From positions 90,001 through 122,000 of the forward strand of contig JBHLKY010000007.1 in NCBI GenBank assembly GCA_048886185.1: a DNA stretch of 32,000 bases, given 5' to 3'. Positions 1 to 9,342 of the stretch are shown here, piece after piece. Numbering within the stretch: position 1 is the stretch's first letter; each line of letters starts with the position of its first letter. The DNA comes from Candidatus Hermodarchaeota archaeon. GTDB taxonomy: Archaea; Asgardarchaeota; Heimdallarchaeia; Hodarchaeales; Hodarchaeaceae. The translations under genes and the position numbers were made by a program. The notes under the pieces are model-generated. The model was not told the origin of the DNA. It did not search any database and saw only the letters and a list, made by a program, of their open reading frames with translations.

Positions 1-909
1 GGGATCAGCTTTACGAGAAAAGATCATTCCTTCTATCGGGGCGAAAATTGGAGTACCAGCTCCAATATTATCCAAATTAATGAAATATGCCTCACGAAGA
101 TCCTTCCCAAATTTCTTAAGGAATTCGATCATACCCGTACAAAATGCCTCCTCACAACCCGTAAAGACCGAAATAATCTCAGTTTCTTGTAATGGTTCCT
201 TTATAAAAGATTTTACTAGTTCTAGGGCAATAGCGACTCCAGAAGCATTATCATTTGCGCCAGGTACTAATTCATTTCGCCATTCCCTTAAAATTAGTAA
301 CAGACTTGAATAGAGAGATGGAATAACTAGAATTAATGAAATTGGCCAGATTATTGAAGGAATGAGTGGAACCTCAATAAATTCAAATAATGCTCCTACA
401 CTATAGAGCCCAAAAATCAAGAATAATATAACTAGATTCATAAGCGCAAGTTTTCTAAAGGATGCAACTCTTTTGGGATGATGTGTAAAATCAGCTTTCG
501 ATGAATCATAGTGAGCAATTAAAACAACCTTTTTTACTGGTAGTTGTTTTGTTTTTATCTTTCCAATCACGTTTTGACTCATACGAGTGTAAAATAGCCG
601 TGAAATATTAGGCCGATTATCAGTTTCAAATAAAAAAGCAAATACCCCTATTCCTGCAACGATTGCAGCTAAAGTAGGCGAAATAAGAAAGATCAATATA
701 GCTATCTGGGGGAATAACCACGAAAAAATGTTTGGCCAGGACCAAGTTGAAGTTCCACGAAAAGATTGCACAGAAACCTGTACATCTGAGCCTAAAGATT
801 CAAGATAGTTCTCTAGATACTTTGCAGCTGTCTTTTCTCCGCCACTAGTGGGAGCCCGAGGGCCTATATCCTCTGCAAGATACTTAATGTGTGTTAATGC
901 GTTGGTCAA
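1..909 (-). CDS. M28 family metallopeptidase with internal transmembrane segments (partial, C-terminus runs off the window)
   Basis: Not in the ORF track. Manual translation from TTG at 909 (GGTGA RBS upstream) is open to position 1: MTNALTHIKYLAEDIGPRAPTSGGEKTAAKYL...VVLIAHYDSS...PGANDNASGVA...FTGCEEAF...FINLDNIG. These are the M28 zinc-ligand motifs (AHYD, GANDNASG, EE, NLD), interrupted by two hydrophobic stretches. Confidence 0.92.
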   Translation of the reverse strand, partial: MTNALTHIKYLAEDIGPRAPTSGGEKTAAKYLENYLESLGSDVQVSVQSFRGTSTWSWPNIFSWLFPQIAILIFLISPTLAAIVAGIGVFAFLFETDNRPNISRLFYTRMSQNVIGKIKTKQLPVKKVVLIAHYDSSKADFTHHPKRVASFRKLALMNLVILFLIFGLYSVGALFEFIEVPLIPSIIWPISLILVIPSLYSSLLLILREWRNELVPGANDNASGVAIALELVKSFIKEPLQETEIISVFTGCEEAFCTGMIEFLKKFGKDLREAYFINLDNIGAGTPIFAPIEGMIFSRKADP

Positions 910-1050
910 AGAGTATCACCACTTATCATCACTTTAATGTTGTTTTAATTTAGGTTTTGACAATAGAGTATTTATAGAATCCAATCCTGTTCATTATCTT
1001 ATTCTGAGTTACTATTTATTTTAACATGAAACAACTATAAAAACACTAAT

Positions 1051-2403
1051 TTGAACAAGGCGCTTAAGATGGAGATAAAAGAGACAATTTCATTACTTTC
1101 TGAACTCATACAAAATAAATGCGTAAATCCTCCCGGAAATGAGCTGAAATCGATCCAAACAATTCAGCGTTTCTTGCAAGAGCGAAATATCCAATGCCAA
1201 GTATTTGAGTCGGCTCCAAATAGGGGAAATTTAGTTACAAAGATCTCTGGAACAGATAACGGGCCAAAAATGATGTTCGGGCCTGCTCATGTCGATGTAG
1301 TACCAGTAGAAAATCCAAATGAATGGGAAGTTGGTCCATTTTCAGGAACTGTTAAGGATGGATATGTATGGGGTCGTGGTGCGTTGGATATGCTTTATAT
1401 CGTAGTAACGCAAGTGCAAGCTTTTGTTAAACTTCATCAAGAGAAATTCCAACCAAAAGGAGATTTAATCTTATTAATAGTTGCGGATGAAGAAGCTGGG
1501 GGCCTCTATGGTGCTGAGTGGATGTTGAAAAATCATCCTGATTTAGTAAAGACAGATTATCTTGTTACAGAGGCAGGAGGGATTTCAATTGCTCCAGGAA
1601 AAGTAGCTTTCATAATTGGAGAGAAAGGAGGAACTTGGAAACGAATTTCCTTCAAAGGAACCCCTGGTCATGGTTCAATGCCATATGGCAGTGATAATGC
1701 CGCTGTGAAAGCTGCAGAAGCGATTAAACGCATAACTGAATACACTCCTCCTGTCACAAATGAATATCTGAGCTATCTAGCACATGGATTGGATCTTGGA
1801 ATTGTGCAGCGCATTATGTTGACTAATACACATGTTCTCTCATTTACTCTTAAAAATCTTCAAAAAAGTGATCCTATGATGGCCCGTATGGTTCATGGTT
1901 TAAGTAGGATGACAATGTCACCAAACATTGTTAAAGGAGGAATAAAAGTTAATATGATCCCAGCTTTTGCTTACATTGATGTAGACATACGAACATTGCC
2001 AGAACAAGATGATGAATATGTGGTGACCCAGTTGAAAAAAGCTCTTGGACCATTAGCTAAAGAAGCAACAATTGAAGCTTTATCCCCTGAGGAAGGAGGA
2101 TTTACTTCATATGGGAATAGTAGCCCGGCATCATCAGAATTTGTTGATGCTTTAGAACAAATTGTCCAAGAAATACTACCCAATACCTCTCTTGTCCCTT
2201 TTATCATGCCTGCTGTATCAGATTGTCGCTTCTTTCGTGAACGAGGGGTTGGTGCCTATGGATTTTCACTTTTTGATCCAGATACCCCAATGAGTCATTT
2301 AGCAAAGTTAGCTCACGGAACAGACGAAAAAATCAGTATTAAAACTCTCGAGTTAACTCAACAAGCTTATTATAATTTAGCTAAGATATTTTTAAAGAGT
2401 TAA
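1051..2403 (+). CDS. M20/M25/M40 family metallo-hydrolase (ArgE/DapE/PM20D1-like peptidase)
   Basis: Motifs AHVDVVP, GRGALDM, DEEAGG, GHGSMP, SDCRFF and AHGTDEKI. The start could be TTG 1051 or ATG 1069. Confidence 0.93.
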   Translation: MNKALKMEIKETISLLSELIQNKCVNPPGNELKSIQTIQRFLQERNIQCQVFESAPNRGNLVTKISGTDNGPKMMFGPAHVDVVPVENPNEWEVGPFSGTVKDGYVWGRGALDMLYIVVTQVQAFVKLHQEKFQPKGDLILLIVADEEAGGLYGAEWMLKNHPDLVKTDYLVTEAGGISIAPGKVAFIIGEKGGTWKRISFKGTPGHGSMPYGSDNAAVKAAEAIKRITEYTPPVTNEYLSYLAHGLDLGIVQRIMLTNTHVLSFTLKNLQKSDPMMARMVHGLSRMTMSPNIVKGGIKVNMIPAFAYIDVDIRTLPEQDDEYVVTQLKKALGPLAKEATIEALSPEEGGFTSYGNSSPASSEFVDALEQIVQEILPNTSLVPFIMPAVSDCRFFRERGVGAYGFSLFDPDTPMSHLAKLAHGTDEKISIKTLELTQQAYYNLAKIFLKS

Positions 2404-2479
2404 TAGCGTTTTAGAAATTTATATATTCATCTCCCTAGAAAATATTTAAGAGTTTTTTTCTTTCAATGTTTCCTTCATT

Positions 2480-3169
2480 ATGAAAAAACTGAAATGTGTC
2501 TTCATAGACATGATTGAAGACCGACAGAGAAGATCACTGGCCTTAGATGAACCCCTCCCTCTCTATTCTACCTTTCAAGAATATTCGTTTGATAAACACA
2601 TTGGAAGTAGAGTAAACCAATTATTTGGTTGGACCACAGATCTAATAAAAAATTCCTTTTATGAACTTAGCATTCATGTTATTACATCAGACTACCTTAA
2701 TCGACATGGAGTAGCTCAGCATTTCTACTCACCTCATGGCCCCAAATATGATGATAAATACTCCTACCTCCATGGAATGAACCTTCTTGCCTTTGAGGGC
2801 TATAATAGAGTCCATCTGATCTATACTATTACAAAATTAGACCAGATCTTCCAGAAAAAGCAGGTTACTTCTGATTCCAGAAAAAAAATTCAACTTCAGC
2901 GCCTAGCTACTGATAGGGCTGACCTCCCTTTTCTTGTTCCAGTAGATCACCCCAGAATAGGCATTCTAACACCATCAAAGAATCTTAATTCATTCTGGGT
3001 CAATCAGTTAAGGAATCAAGATAAAAACGTTATTATCTCTGATAATTTTCGAGATTTAGTACCTGATATTGAACCTACTGAATTTGTGGATTTTTCGCTC
3101 TCGAGAAGTTACAAATACTCACTAGATGATTACATTCCTCTTTTGGATTCAATTATTAAAATGATTTAG
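2480..3169 (+). CDS. hypothetical protein (229 aa)
   Basis: Long ORF filling the space between two recognisable genes; no motif recognised. Confidence 0.75.
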   Translation: MKKLKCVFIDMIEDRQRRSLALDEPLPLYSTFQEYSFDKHIGSRVNQLFGWTTDLIKNSFYELSIHVITSDYLNRHGVAQHFYSPHGPKYDDKYSYLHGMNLLAFEGYNRVHLIYTITKLDQIFQKKQVTSDSRKKIQLQRLATDRADLPFLVPVDHPRIGILTPSKNLNSFWVNQLRNQDKNVIISDNFRDLVPDIEPTEFVDFSLSRSYKYSLDDYIPLLDSIIKMI

Positions 3170-3217
3170 GATTTTATCTTCAATTTTAAGGGATTAAAAG
3201 CGGTGTGATCTCCGAGT

Positions 3218-3487
3218 TTACCAAGAAACAGTGATTGCGTTTTCAGGGCAGGTTTCTACGCATTTCATACACCGTGTGCATAATGATAACCAAACAGCAG
3301 TAATTTTCCAAAATTGTGGATCAAGAGGATTTTGCTCCTTTTTTTCTAATTTTAGATCTTGGTGTCTTAATAAAATCGCTGGATCACAAACCTTAAGGCA
3401 CTGAGAGCACTCTCTTGGATCTATGCCCCCATTTGGACCACATTTTGAATAATCAAAGGTGATTTTTGTCTTACCCATTGCCATCAA
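3218..3487 (-). CDS. 4Fe-4S ferredoxin-like protein
   Basis: Cys motifs C-x10-CxxCxxxC (CGPNGGIDPRECSQCLKVC) and CxxCxxCxxxCP (CTRCMKCVETCP). Likely start ATG 3484, a few nt after the upstream gene's stop. Confidence 0.88.
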   Translation of the reverse strand: MMAMGKTKITFDYSKCGPNGGIDPRECSQCLKVCDPAILLRHQDLKLEKKEQNPLDPQFWKITAVWLSLCTRCMKCVETCPENAITVSW

Positions 3488-3491
3488 TCCA

Positions 3492-4361
3492 TCAATAATC
3501 TCCTTTTAGTACCGGGATCTCCTCTCGTGGTATTAGATTAAGTGCGTCATGCTCGCAGACATGTCGGCATACCCCACAACCAAAACATTTTTTCTGATCA
3601 ACTAGTACCCTCTTCAAGGTTGGACTATACCAAAGGGCATTATACTGGCACATTACTACGCATTTCTTGCAGCCTTGACACTGATCGATATTTAGGTCTA
3701 TTACATACTCAGCCTTGTACTGGACCTTCAGATTGAAATCTTGTCGTAAGCGGATCATTCCACATTGAGGCTGTTCACATGAACAGATCGCGTTAATGTA
3801 AGGAATAGGTTGAAACGTTACCATTGCCACCCTTCCTTTTCTATTTTGTTCCTCAATGGCGGCTACTGCCTTATCACGATCCATTCTAACTTTTGTATTC
3901 TCAGGAATGAATCTGGGAAGTTTCTCTATTACTTCAGATAATACACCAAAGTTTATGCAACACACATCTTTCACTCCCCGCTGCATCATCCGGCACATGC
4001 AATAGTTTTGAATAATTGGTTCTGCAGCGAGTTCTGAGAGAATAAGCTGGGCATCTTCTAGCGGAATCACTTGTCCGAAGTGGCCATCAGCTCTAATTGG
4101 ATTGTTATAAGGGAACTGCCCATGAATCATCCTTTCGACGTTCCATCGTACAATTTTTCCAATGATGGGCATTTTGAGCTTATATCCTAATCCAATACTT
4201 GATAAGCCCACAATTTTTCTTATGAATACATTCTCGAAATTTCTCCACTGTTCTTCCAGATATTCTTTCATGTTTAGCTCTTTCGCTAGTTCATCACTGT
4301 ATAGTTTTGCGTTCATGTACCATTTCCCTCCAGCACCATGTTTCATGCACCACTTACACAA
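3492..4361 (-). CDS. 4Fe-4S dicluster-domain protein with additional N-terminal and central Cys motifs
   Basis: C-terminal CQGCKKCVVMC and CFGCGVCRHVC; central CMCR...CC and ICSCEQPQC; N-terminal CxxCxxH. TTG start with GGTGA RBS. Confidence 0.9.
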   Translation of the reverse strand: MCKWCMKHGAGGKWYMNAKLYSDELAKELNMKEYLEEQWRNFENVFIRKIVGLSSIGLGYKLKMPIIGKIVRWNVERMIHGQFPYNNPIRADGHFGQVIPLEDAQLILSELAAEPIIQNYCMCRMMQRGVKDVCCINFGVLSEVIEKLPRFIPENTKVRMDRDKAVAAIEEQNRKGRVAMVTFQPIPYINAICSCEQPQCGMIRLRQDFNLKVQYKAEYVIDLNIDQCQGCKKCVVMCQYNALWYSPTLKRVLVDQKKCFGCGVCRHVCEHDALNLIPREEIPVLKGDY

Positions 4362-4513
4362 CTAGAAATCACCTGAATCTAGAGTGAAAATCTCTGCTAA
4401 TCCTATTTTTATAAGCTTTTTCTTAACTCGGCCAAATAATCGCTATTATATGTAAAAGATTAATTTCAATGAGACAAATTTGGAGTAGATCTCAGAGAGC
4501 TGTCTCAATAACT

Positions 4514-5242
4514 TTATTCTTCTTCTCTAACACAAAGAATTCTTGAAACACGAAGAGGAATTTTTTGTTCAGTTTTATTCAAAATAACCGTGATTTTTTC
4601 TTTATCCCTTTCTTTAATGGTCATAACAACCCCAATTCCATGAATATCATAATATTCTAGCTCTTCAGCTGTGTCCGCTGTATGGTTGTTAATTTTAGTT
4701 AAAACTACTTTTTTTCCTACTGGTATTTCTGTTAAACTTTTATTATCACAGCCCGAATCCTCTACTTCTCCCATTGGAATTATATCTCCGAAAGGAGTCT
4801 TTTTTTCTTTCAGTTTTTGAAAAATTAGCACCGCAAGGCGATCTGAAATACCATGCTCGATATTACATGCCTGCTCATGAAGTTCTTTAAAGGGAACATT
4901 GAAGATTTGGGAAAGCATGGCTTCAGCAAGCCTATGGTTCCTAGCAATTCGCTTTGCAACTTGGAATCCCTGGTCAGTTAGAAGAATCCCATCATAAGGT
5001 GTATAATCAACAAATCCCTGAGGTTCTAATTTTCGACGTACAATATTTGTAAGCTGTGTTTTAGCTAGCTCTTGTCCAATTTTATCTAAAATTTCTCCCA
5101 TTTTAATACGTTGATTTTCTTTTTTTATTATAGTGATGTCGAATAAAACTTCCATAATTTCCTCTTCGATATCTCGAAGATCATGCTTCTTTACGTGCAT
5201 CAGAATACGCCTAATCCTCCACTTGAGGAAGAATGATATCAA
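4514..5242 (-). CDS. DtxR/MntR/IdeR-family metal-dependent transcriptional regulator with C-terminal FeoA-like domain
   Basis: wHTH region followed by YTPYDGILLT, RNHRLAE and EQACNIEHGIS metal-site motifs, then a C-terminal SH3/FeoA-like segment. The start may be ATG 5200 (GGAGG upstream). Confidence 0.92.
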   Translation of the reverse strand: MISFFLKWRIRRILMHVKKHDLRDIEEEIMEVLFDITIIKKENQRIKMGEILDKIGQELAKTQLTNIVRRKLEPQGFVDYTPYDGILLTDQGFQVAKRIARNHRLAEAMLSQIFNVPFKELHEQACNIEHGISDRLAVLIFQKLKEKKTPFGDIIPMGEVEDSGCDNKSLTEIPVGKKVVLTKINNHTADTAEELEYYDIHGIGVVMTIKERDKEKITVILNKTEQKIPLRVSRILCVREEE

Positions 5243-5675
5243 GTATGCTAATTCCCCCTTTTTATGGTTTTGATTTTAAAGTTTTGACTAATTTTAATAG
5301 AAAGAGTACCAATTCACCAGAGGTCCACTATTTCTAAAATTGAAGTAGGTTGAGTCCGTATTGAATAAAGGGTTGCGTTGAAAGAATGAATATCAAAATC
5401 AGGGTAATAGAATAATGTTTTACATCATCAGTTGAATTAAAAGTAAGTAGAGAGAGAAACGATTTTTGAATTAATCAGTATAATCATAGATAATGAGAAA
5501 ATAGAATAGATCCTTTTTGTATGAAGAAATATTAAGAATTCAGTAAGCAATGAAATTATTGATATGGGGTGAATACTGCTATTAATCAACTTGAAATTCA
5601 TAAATGGTTTTGATCTCCACGAAAATGCAACCATAAAAAAGAACAAATATAATTGGTTTCCATTTTGTCACGTTC

Positions 5676-6419
5676 ATGTCATCTTTTTCTCTTATTCGTA
5701 TTTTAGTGTATTTTTTCTTTACAATTCTTGTTTTAATTGTTTCTTTCTTTCCAGAAGGATGGTTAATCTATTTATTAGTGACTACTTCTAATCTAGATCC
5801 AATACACTATATTCTATCTCCGTTATACCTTTTTCTCACATATTGTTTTACTGTTCTTTTTTTTGGGGTTATTCATTCTCAGCTTGTGGTTCGATTGACT
5901 TTACCATACCGTGTCAAACCTGGAAAATATCCTCATCATTCCGCTATGGGACGTTTAGTTGCAGTAAGGATAACTGCCGATGGTATTTTTAAATCCATGT
6001 TGAAAGTTTTTACTTTCATTCCTTTTATATGGGGTGTCTTCCTCTTCCCCTATGGTTTACGATTATATGGTCTTAAATGTGGGAAAAACGTCCATATTGC
6101 TACCAGAACTTATATTGAAACAGCTGGTTTAGTTGAGATTGGTGATAATTCATTTATCGGATATAATAGTGTAGTTACTGGGCATGCTAATGAGGATCGC
6201 TCCATAGTTGTTGATCCAACGAAAATTGGTAAGAATTGTTTAGTGGGGACTTACTCAATTGTAGCGTGTGGTTGTGAACTTGGGGATGGGAGTACTTTAG
6301 GAGGAATGAGTGGTTTGCTTAAAGGACAGAAAATTCCTCCAAAAGAAATCTGGATTGGGATCCCTGCAAAGTTTTTGAGGAAAAGGGGGGATACAGAGAT
6401 TACTAATAAACTAGATTGA
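5676..6419 (+). CDS. membrane-anchored hexapeptide-repeat (left-handed beta-helix) acyltransferase-like protein
   Basis: 2-3 N-terminal hydrophobic helices, then LYGLKCGKNVHI, VEIGDNSFIG, TKIGKNCLVG, CELGDGSTLG and WIGIPAK, typical of LbH acyltransferases. Confidence 0.85.
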   Translation: MSSFSLIRILVYFFFTILVLIVSFFPEGWLIYLLVTTSNLDPIHYILSPLYLFLTYCFTVLFFGVIHSQLVVRLTLPYRVKPGKYPHHSAMGRLVAVRITADGIFKSMLKVFTFIPFIWGVFLFPYGLRLYGLKCGKNVHIATRTYIETAGLVEIGDNSFIGYNSVVTGHANEDRSIVVDPTKIGKNCLVGTYSIVACGCELGDGSTLGGMSGLLKGQKIPPKEIWIGIPAKFLRKRGDTEITNKLD

Positions 6420-6444
6420 TTAAATCATCTTTTATCTGTTAATT

Positions 6445-7119
6445 TTATTCCCAATTTGGATTAAATCTCCTAATTTTACTTGTTGTCACCCCATATTTCA
6501 GAAGTCCCATGCTGATGATCAATGCACAAATGACTCCATCTAAAACTGGAACATCAAGTTCTTCCTGTAAATGTTTGTCTAAACCTGTCATCCCAGCACA
6601 ACCTAAAACAATGACTTCAGCCATATCTTTCTCGATAGCAAGCTTTGCGATTGCTAAATACTTTTCTTCTTCATTTAGATTAAGCATATCCTCCTCAGGT
6701 GCTCTTACCGAAGCTAAAACATCTTGAAGGTGATATTTTCTTACTAAACCTTCTTTGATTGGAATTGAATGTTTAGAAGTTGAAACAACCGAAAATTTAT
6801 GTCCCAGCATGGAGGCTATTTTCATTGAAGCTTCTCCAATTCCTACAACTGGCTTATTAGTGATTTCTTTCAAAACATCTAGGTGAGGATCGTCGTGACA
6901 AGCTACAATAAATGCATCATATACTGGATTTTCTCTTATTAACTGAATCATACCTTGAGCAGCTTTAAGTTCATCTTCATATGTTTCGATAAATTTAGGA
7001 GCCCCAGGTGTAGCTTTACATGACACCTCAAACTCACCATAAATGAAGTCAACTGCAGTTCTTTGTATTGATTCGGTCATAACTAGGTCGCTATTCGGAT
7101 TAATAATTAGTATTTTCAT
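6445..7119 (-). CDS. Asp/Glu/hydantoin racemase family protein (hydantoin/allantoin racemase-like)
   Basis: IINPNS N-terminus, catalytic Cys pair in IVACHDDP and VLGCAGM, and PVLDGV. Confidence 0.92.
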   Translation of the reverse strand: MKILIINPNSDLVMTESIQRTAVDFIYGEFEVSCKATPGAPKFIETYEDELKAAQGMIQLIRENPVYDAFIVACHDDPHLDVLKEITNKPVVGIGEASMKIASMLGHKFSVVSTSKHSIPIKEGLVRKYHLQDVLASVRAPEEDMLNLNEEEKYLAIAKLAIEKDMAEVIVLGCAGMTGLDKHLQEELDVPVLDGVICALIISMGLLKYGVTTSKIRRFNPNWE

Positions 7120-7152
7120 GGTAACACTTCTTTGGTTAAATTATGTCTTTTT

Positions 7153-8544
7153 TTATTTAGTAGCAGGATATTCTTTGGCCAGAGCTCTAATATATTCTAT
7201 TGTTTCCATTATATCTTCTGCTTTAATACGCTCATTAATAATTACTATACGTAAAGCAGTTTTATTACCAATCTTTGTCAATGAAATAGATCGTTTTCCT
7301 TCTACTTTTGTTCTCTCATAAACATACTGTTGAAGTTGATCCAGTTGCTTTTCAGGAAAATCCTTAGGTATAATACGAATACAAAGAATTCCTAAATCTG
7401 GTTTATGGCATAATTCGATATCTAGACTATCTAAAAGATTTTCATACACAGTTTCGACTGCTATGAGAGGAGAACGAAGTCTTTGAACCACTTTTTCTAA
7501 ACCAAGATAACGAATAGAGGTGACAAGAGGGAGGGCAGAAAAAGGTCGGGTTGTTGGAGGTGATTTTAATCCTGGGTTAGGTTCAGGATCTCCTTCACGG
7601 TTCCAATAATCTCCATACATTGCCATTCGGGTAAAATCCTTCTTTCGACGTACAAAAAGGAGAGAATTAGGTATAGGCACCCCAAATTGTTTGTGAGGAT
7701 CCCAAGTGATTGAATCCGCAAGTTCCAATCCAGAAAATAATCGTTTACGTTCTGGAACTAAAGCATAAGCCAATCCATAAGCACCATCGAGATGTAACCA
7801 GATCTTAAATTCTTTACATAATTTTGCTATCGGTAAAATTGGATCTATTGAACCTGTTGAAGTTGTTCCTGCAGTAGCAATTACACAAAAAACAATCTTT
7901 GTCTCCTGTATTTCAGCTAGAGTTTCCTGCATATACTTAAGATCGATACGAAAATCATTATCCACGGGTAAAGTCACGAGACTTTGTTCCCCAAGTCCCA
8001 TTATACGTAAAGCATGTCTTACAGAAAAATGAGCTTCTTGTGAAGTCACTACAACTAAATGAGAAGGATCTTCGAATCCTTGTAACCCTTTCTTAACAAA
8101 ATTAAAACCATGCTGCTCTGCAGTCCAATGAAGAGCCAAATAAAGGGCTGATTGATTAGAATAAGTTCCACAATACATGAACGTTGCGTCGGAATCAGGA
8201 GACAATTTAAATAACTCACATAAAGATCTACAACACAGTTCCTCCATCATGACTGCTCCAGGAGAAACCTGCCAATTTGTCACTCCTTGATTATATTGAA
8301 GCGCAATTCTTGCACCCAATTCCGCGCCTTGTTCTGGGAAGAAGTTAAATAGAGATTGAAACTCTGGACGATCATATTCTATAAGATGAGGAACCAGATA
8401 TTTTCTAATCATGTGTTGTAACGTTTCTTGGGATATCCCTTGGTTTTGGAAATCGAAAAAAGGTTTTAAATCGATGGCGATCTTCTTTGGTGAAGCACCT
8501 GAATAAATAGGTTTTTTTAAAGAGTCCTTCATCAATATCACCAA
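7153..8544 (-). CDS. PLP-dependent group II amino-acid decarboxylase
   Basis: Motifs EAHFSV, ATAGTTSTGSIDP, WLHLDGAYG and SITWDPHK (PLP-binding Lys). The true start may be ATG 8532. Confidence 0.93.
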   Translation of the reverse strand: MVILMKDSLKKPIYSGASPKKIAIDLKPFFDFQNQGISQETLQHMIRKYLVPHLIEYDRPEFQSLFNFFPEQGAELGARIALQYNQGVTNWQVSPGAVMMEELCCRSLCELFKLSPDSDATFMYCGTYSNQSALYLALHWTAEQHGFNFVKKGLQGFEDPSHLVVVTSQEAHFSVRHALRIMGLGEQSLVTLPVDNDFRIDLKYMQETLAEIQETKIVFCVIATAGTTSTGSIDPILPIAKLCKEFKIWLHLDGAYGLAYALVPERKRLFSGLELADSITWDPHKQFGVPIPNSLLFVRRKKDFTRMAMYGDYWNREGDPEPNPGLKSPPTTRPFSALPLVTSIRYLGLEKVVQRLRSPLIAVETVYENLLDSLDIELCHKPDLGILCIRIIPKDFPEKQLDQLQQYVYERTKVEGKRSISLTKIGNKTALRIVIINERIKAEDIMETIEYIRALAKEYPATK

Positions 8545-8550
8545 ATTGAT

Positions 8551-9201
8551 TTACTGTTTAACCGAAACACATATACCATCTCCAATAGGAAGTATTGTTG
8601 AAAACACTCTGGGATCTGAAAATGCCAGTTTATTGTATGCTTTCACCCCCCGTGTACTCGCCCTTTCAGGTTTTGATTCAATAACCCAGCCATACCATAA
8701 AGCATTGTCAGTGATTAGAAGGCCTCCTTTCCGTAATCTGGGAACAGCTTGTTTGAAAGCCTGGGGATATTCCTGTTTATCAACATCGTTAAAAATGATA
8801 TCAAATTCCCCCTGAAGCTGATTGATTACTTTTAGTGCGTCTCCCACTATAAATTTGATGTTTGAAATAGCCAATCTCTTAAAATAAGAGATTGCCATAT
8901 CCTTGTACTCTTCTGAGGTGTCAGTGCATATTATTTCAGCTTCATTAGAAGTAGCTTTTGCAAAATGTATAGCGGAGTACCCATAACCCGATCCTAATTC
9001 GAGAATCCTTTTGGCATCAATTATTTGTGTATAATGAGTTAAAAACCGGCCCACTAGAGGTCCAATTATCGGAAAATCGTGTTCGTATGCATAGTCTTCC
9101 ATTTCTACGAGAACAGCGTCTCGTTCTGTACCTAATAAATCTAGCAAATAATTTTGTATTCCTTTCATGAGAATTTCCATAGTTTGCACCATACGAGTCA
9201 A
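8551..9201 (-). CDS. class I SAM-dependent O-methyltransferase (Methyltransf_3/YrrM-like)
   Basis: Motifs FPIIGP, ILELGSGYGYSA, FDIIFNDVDK, GGLLITDNALW and IGDGI. The start codon is uncertain (9201, 9180 or 9168). Confidence 0.92.
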   Translation of the reverse strand: MTRMVQTMEILMKGIQNYLLDLLGTERDAVLVEMEDYAYEHDFPIIGPLVGRFLTHYTQIIDAKRILELGSGYGYSAIHFAKATSNEAEIICTDTSEEYKDMAISYFKRLAISNIKFIVGDALKVINQLQGEFDIIFNDVDKQEYPQAFKQAVPRLRKGGLLITDNALWYGWVIESKPERASTRGVKAYNKLAFSDPRVFSTILPIGDGICVSVKQ

Positions 9202-9342
9202 ATTAGTGAGAAATCATTACAAAGATGAGAATGTATACTAATCAATTGTATTTTTCTTTGTTAAAAAACAAAGAAAAAGAATAACCCTCCAAATAAAACA
9301 GAGACAGAGTACGTTAATATAGCTATAGAAGGGAGTGGTTGT

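Noticed and set aside
80-313. 77-aa plus-strand ORF, representative of the many short ORFs antisense to or nested in long genes (e.g. 1971-2207, 11814-12104, 26489-26890, 27053-27670, 31568-31906)
   Set aside because: Shadow ORFs opposite or inside well-supported CDSs; no motifs or RBS.
5591-5676. Possible programmed frameshift at A_AAA_AAG (5634-5641) linking the 5591 ORF to the acyltransferase
   Set aside because: A -1 slip hits TAA at 5650; joining to the acyltransferase needs +1; and the acyltransferase has its own ATG at 5676.
8071-8079. TTCGAATCC resembling a tRNA T-loop
   Set aside because: It lies inside the decarboxylase CDS and has no cloverleaf context.
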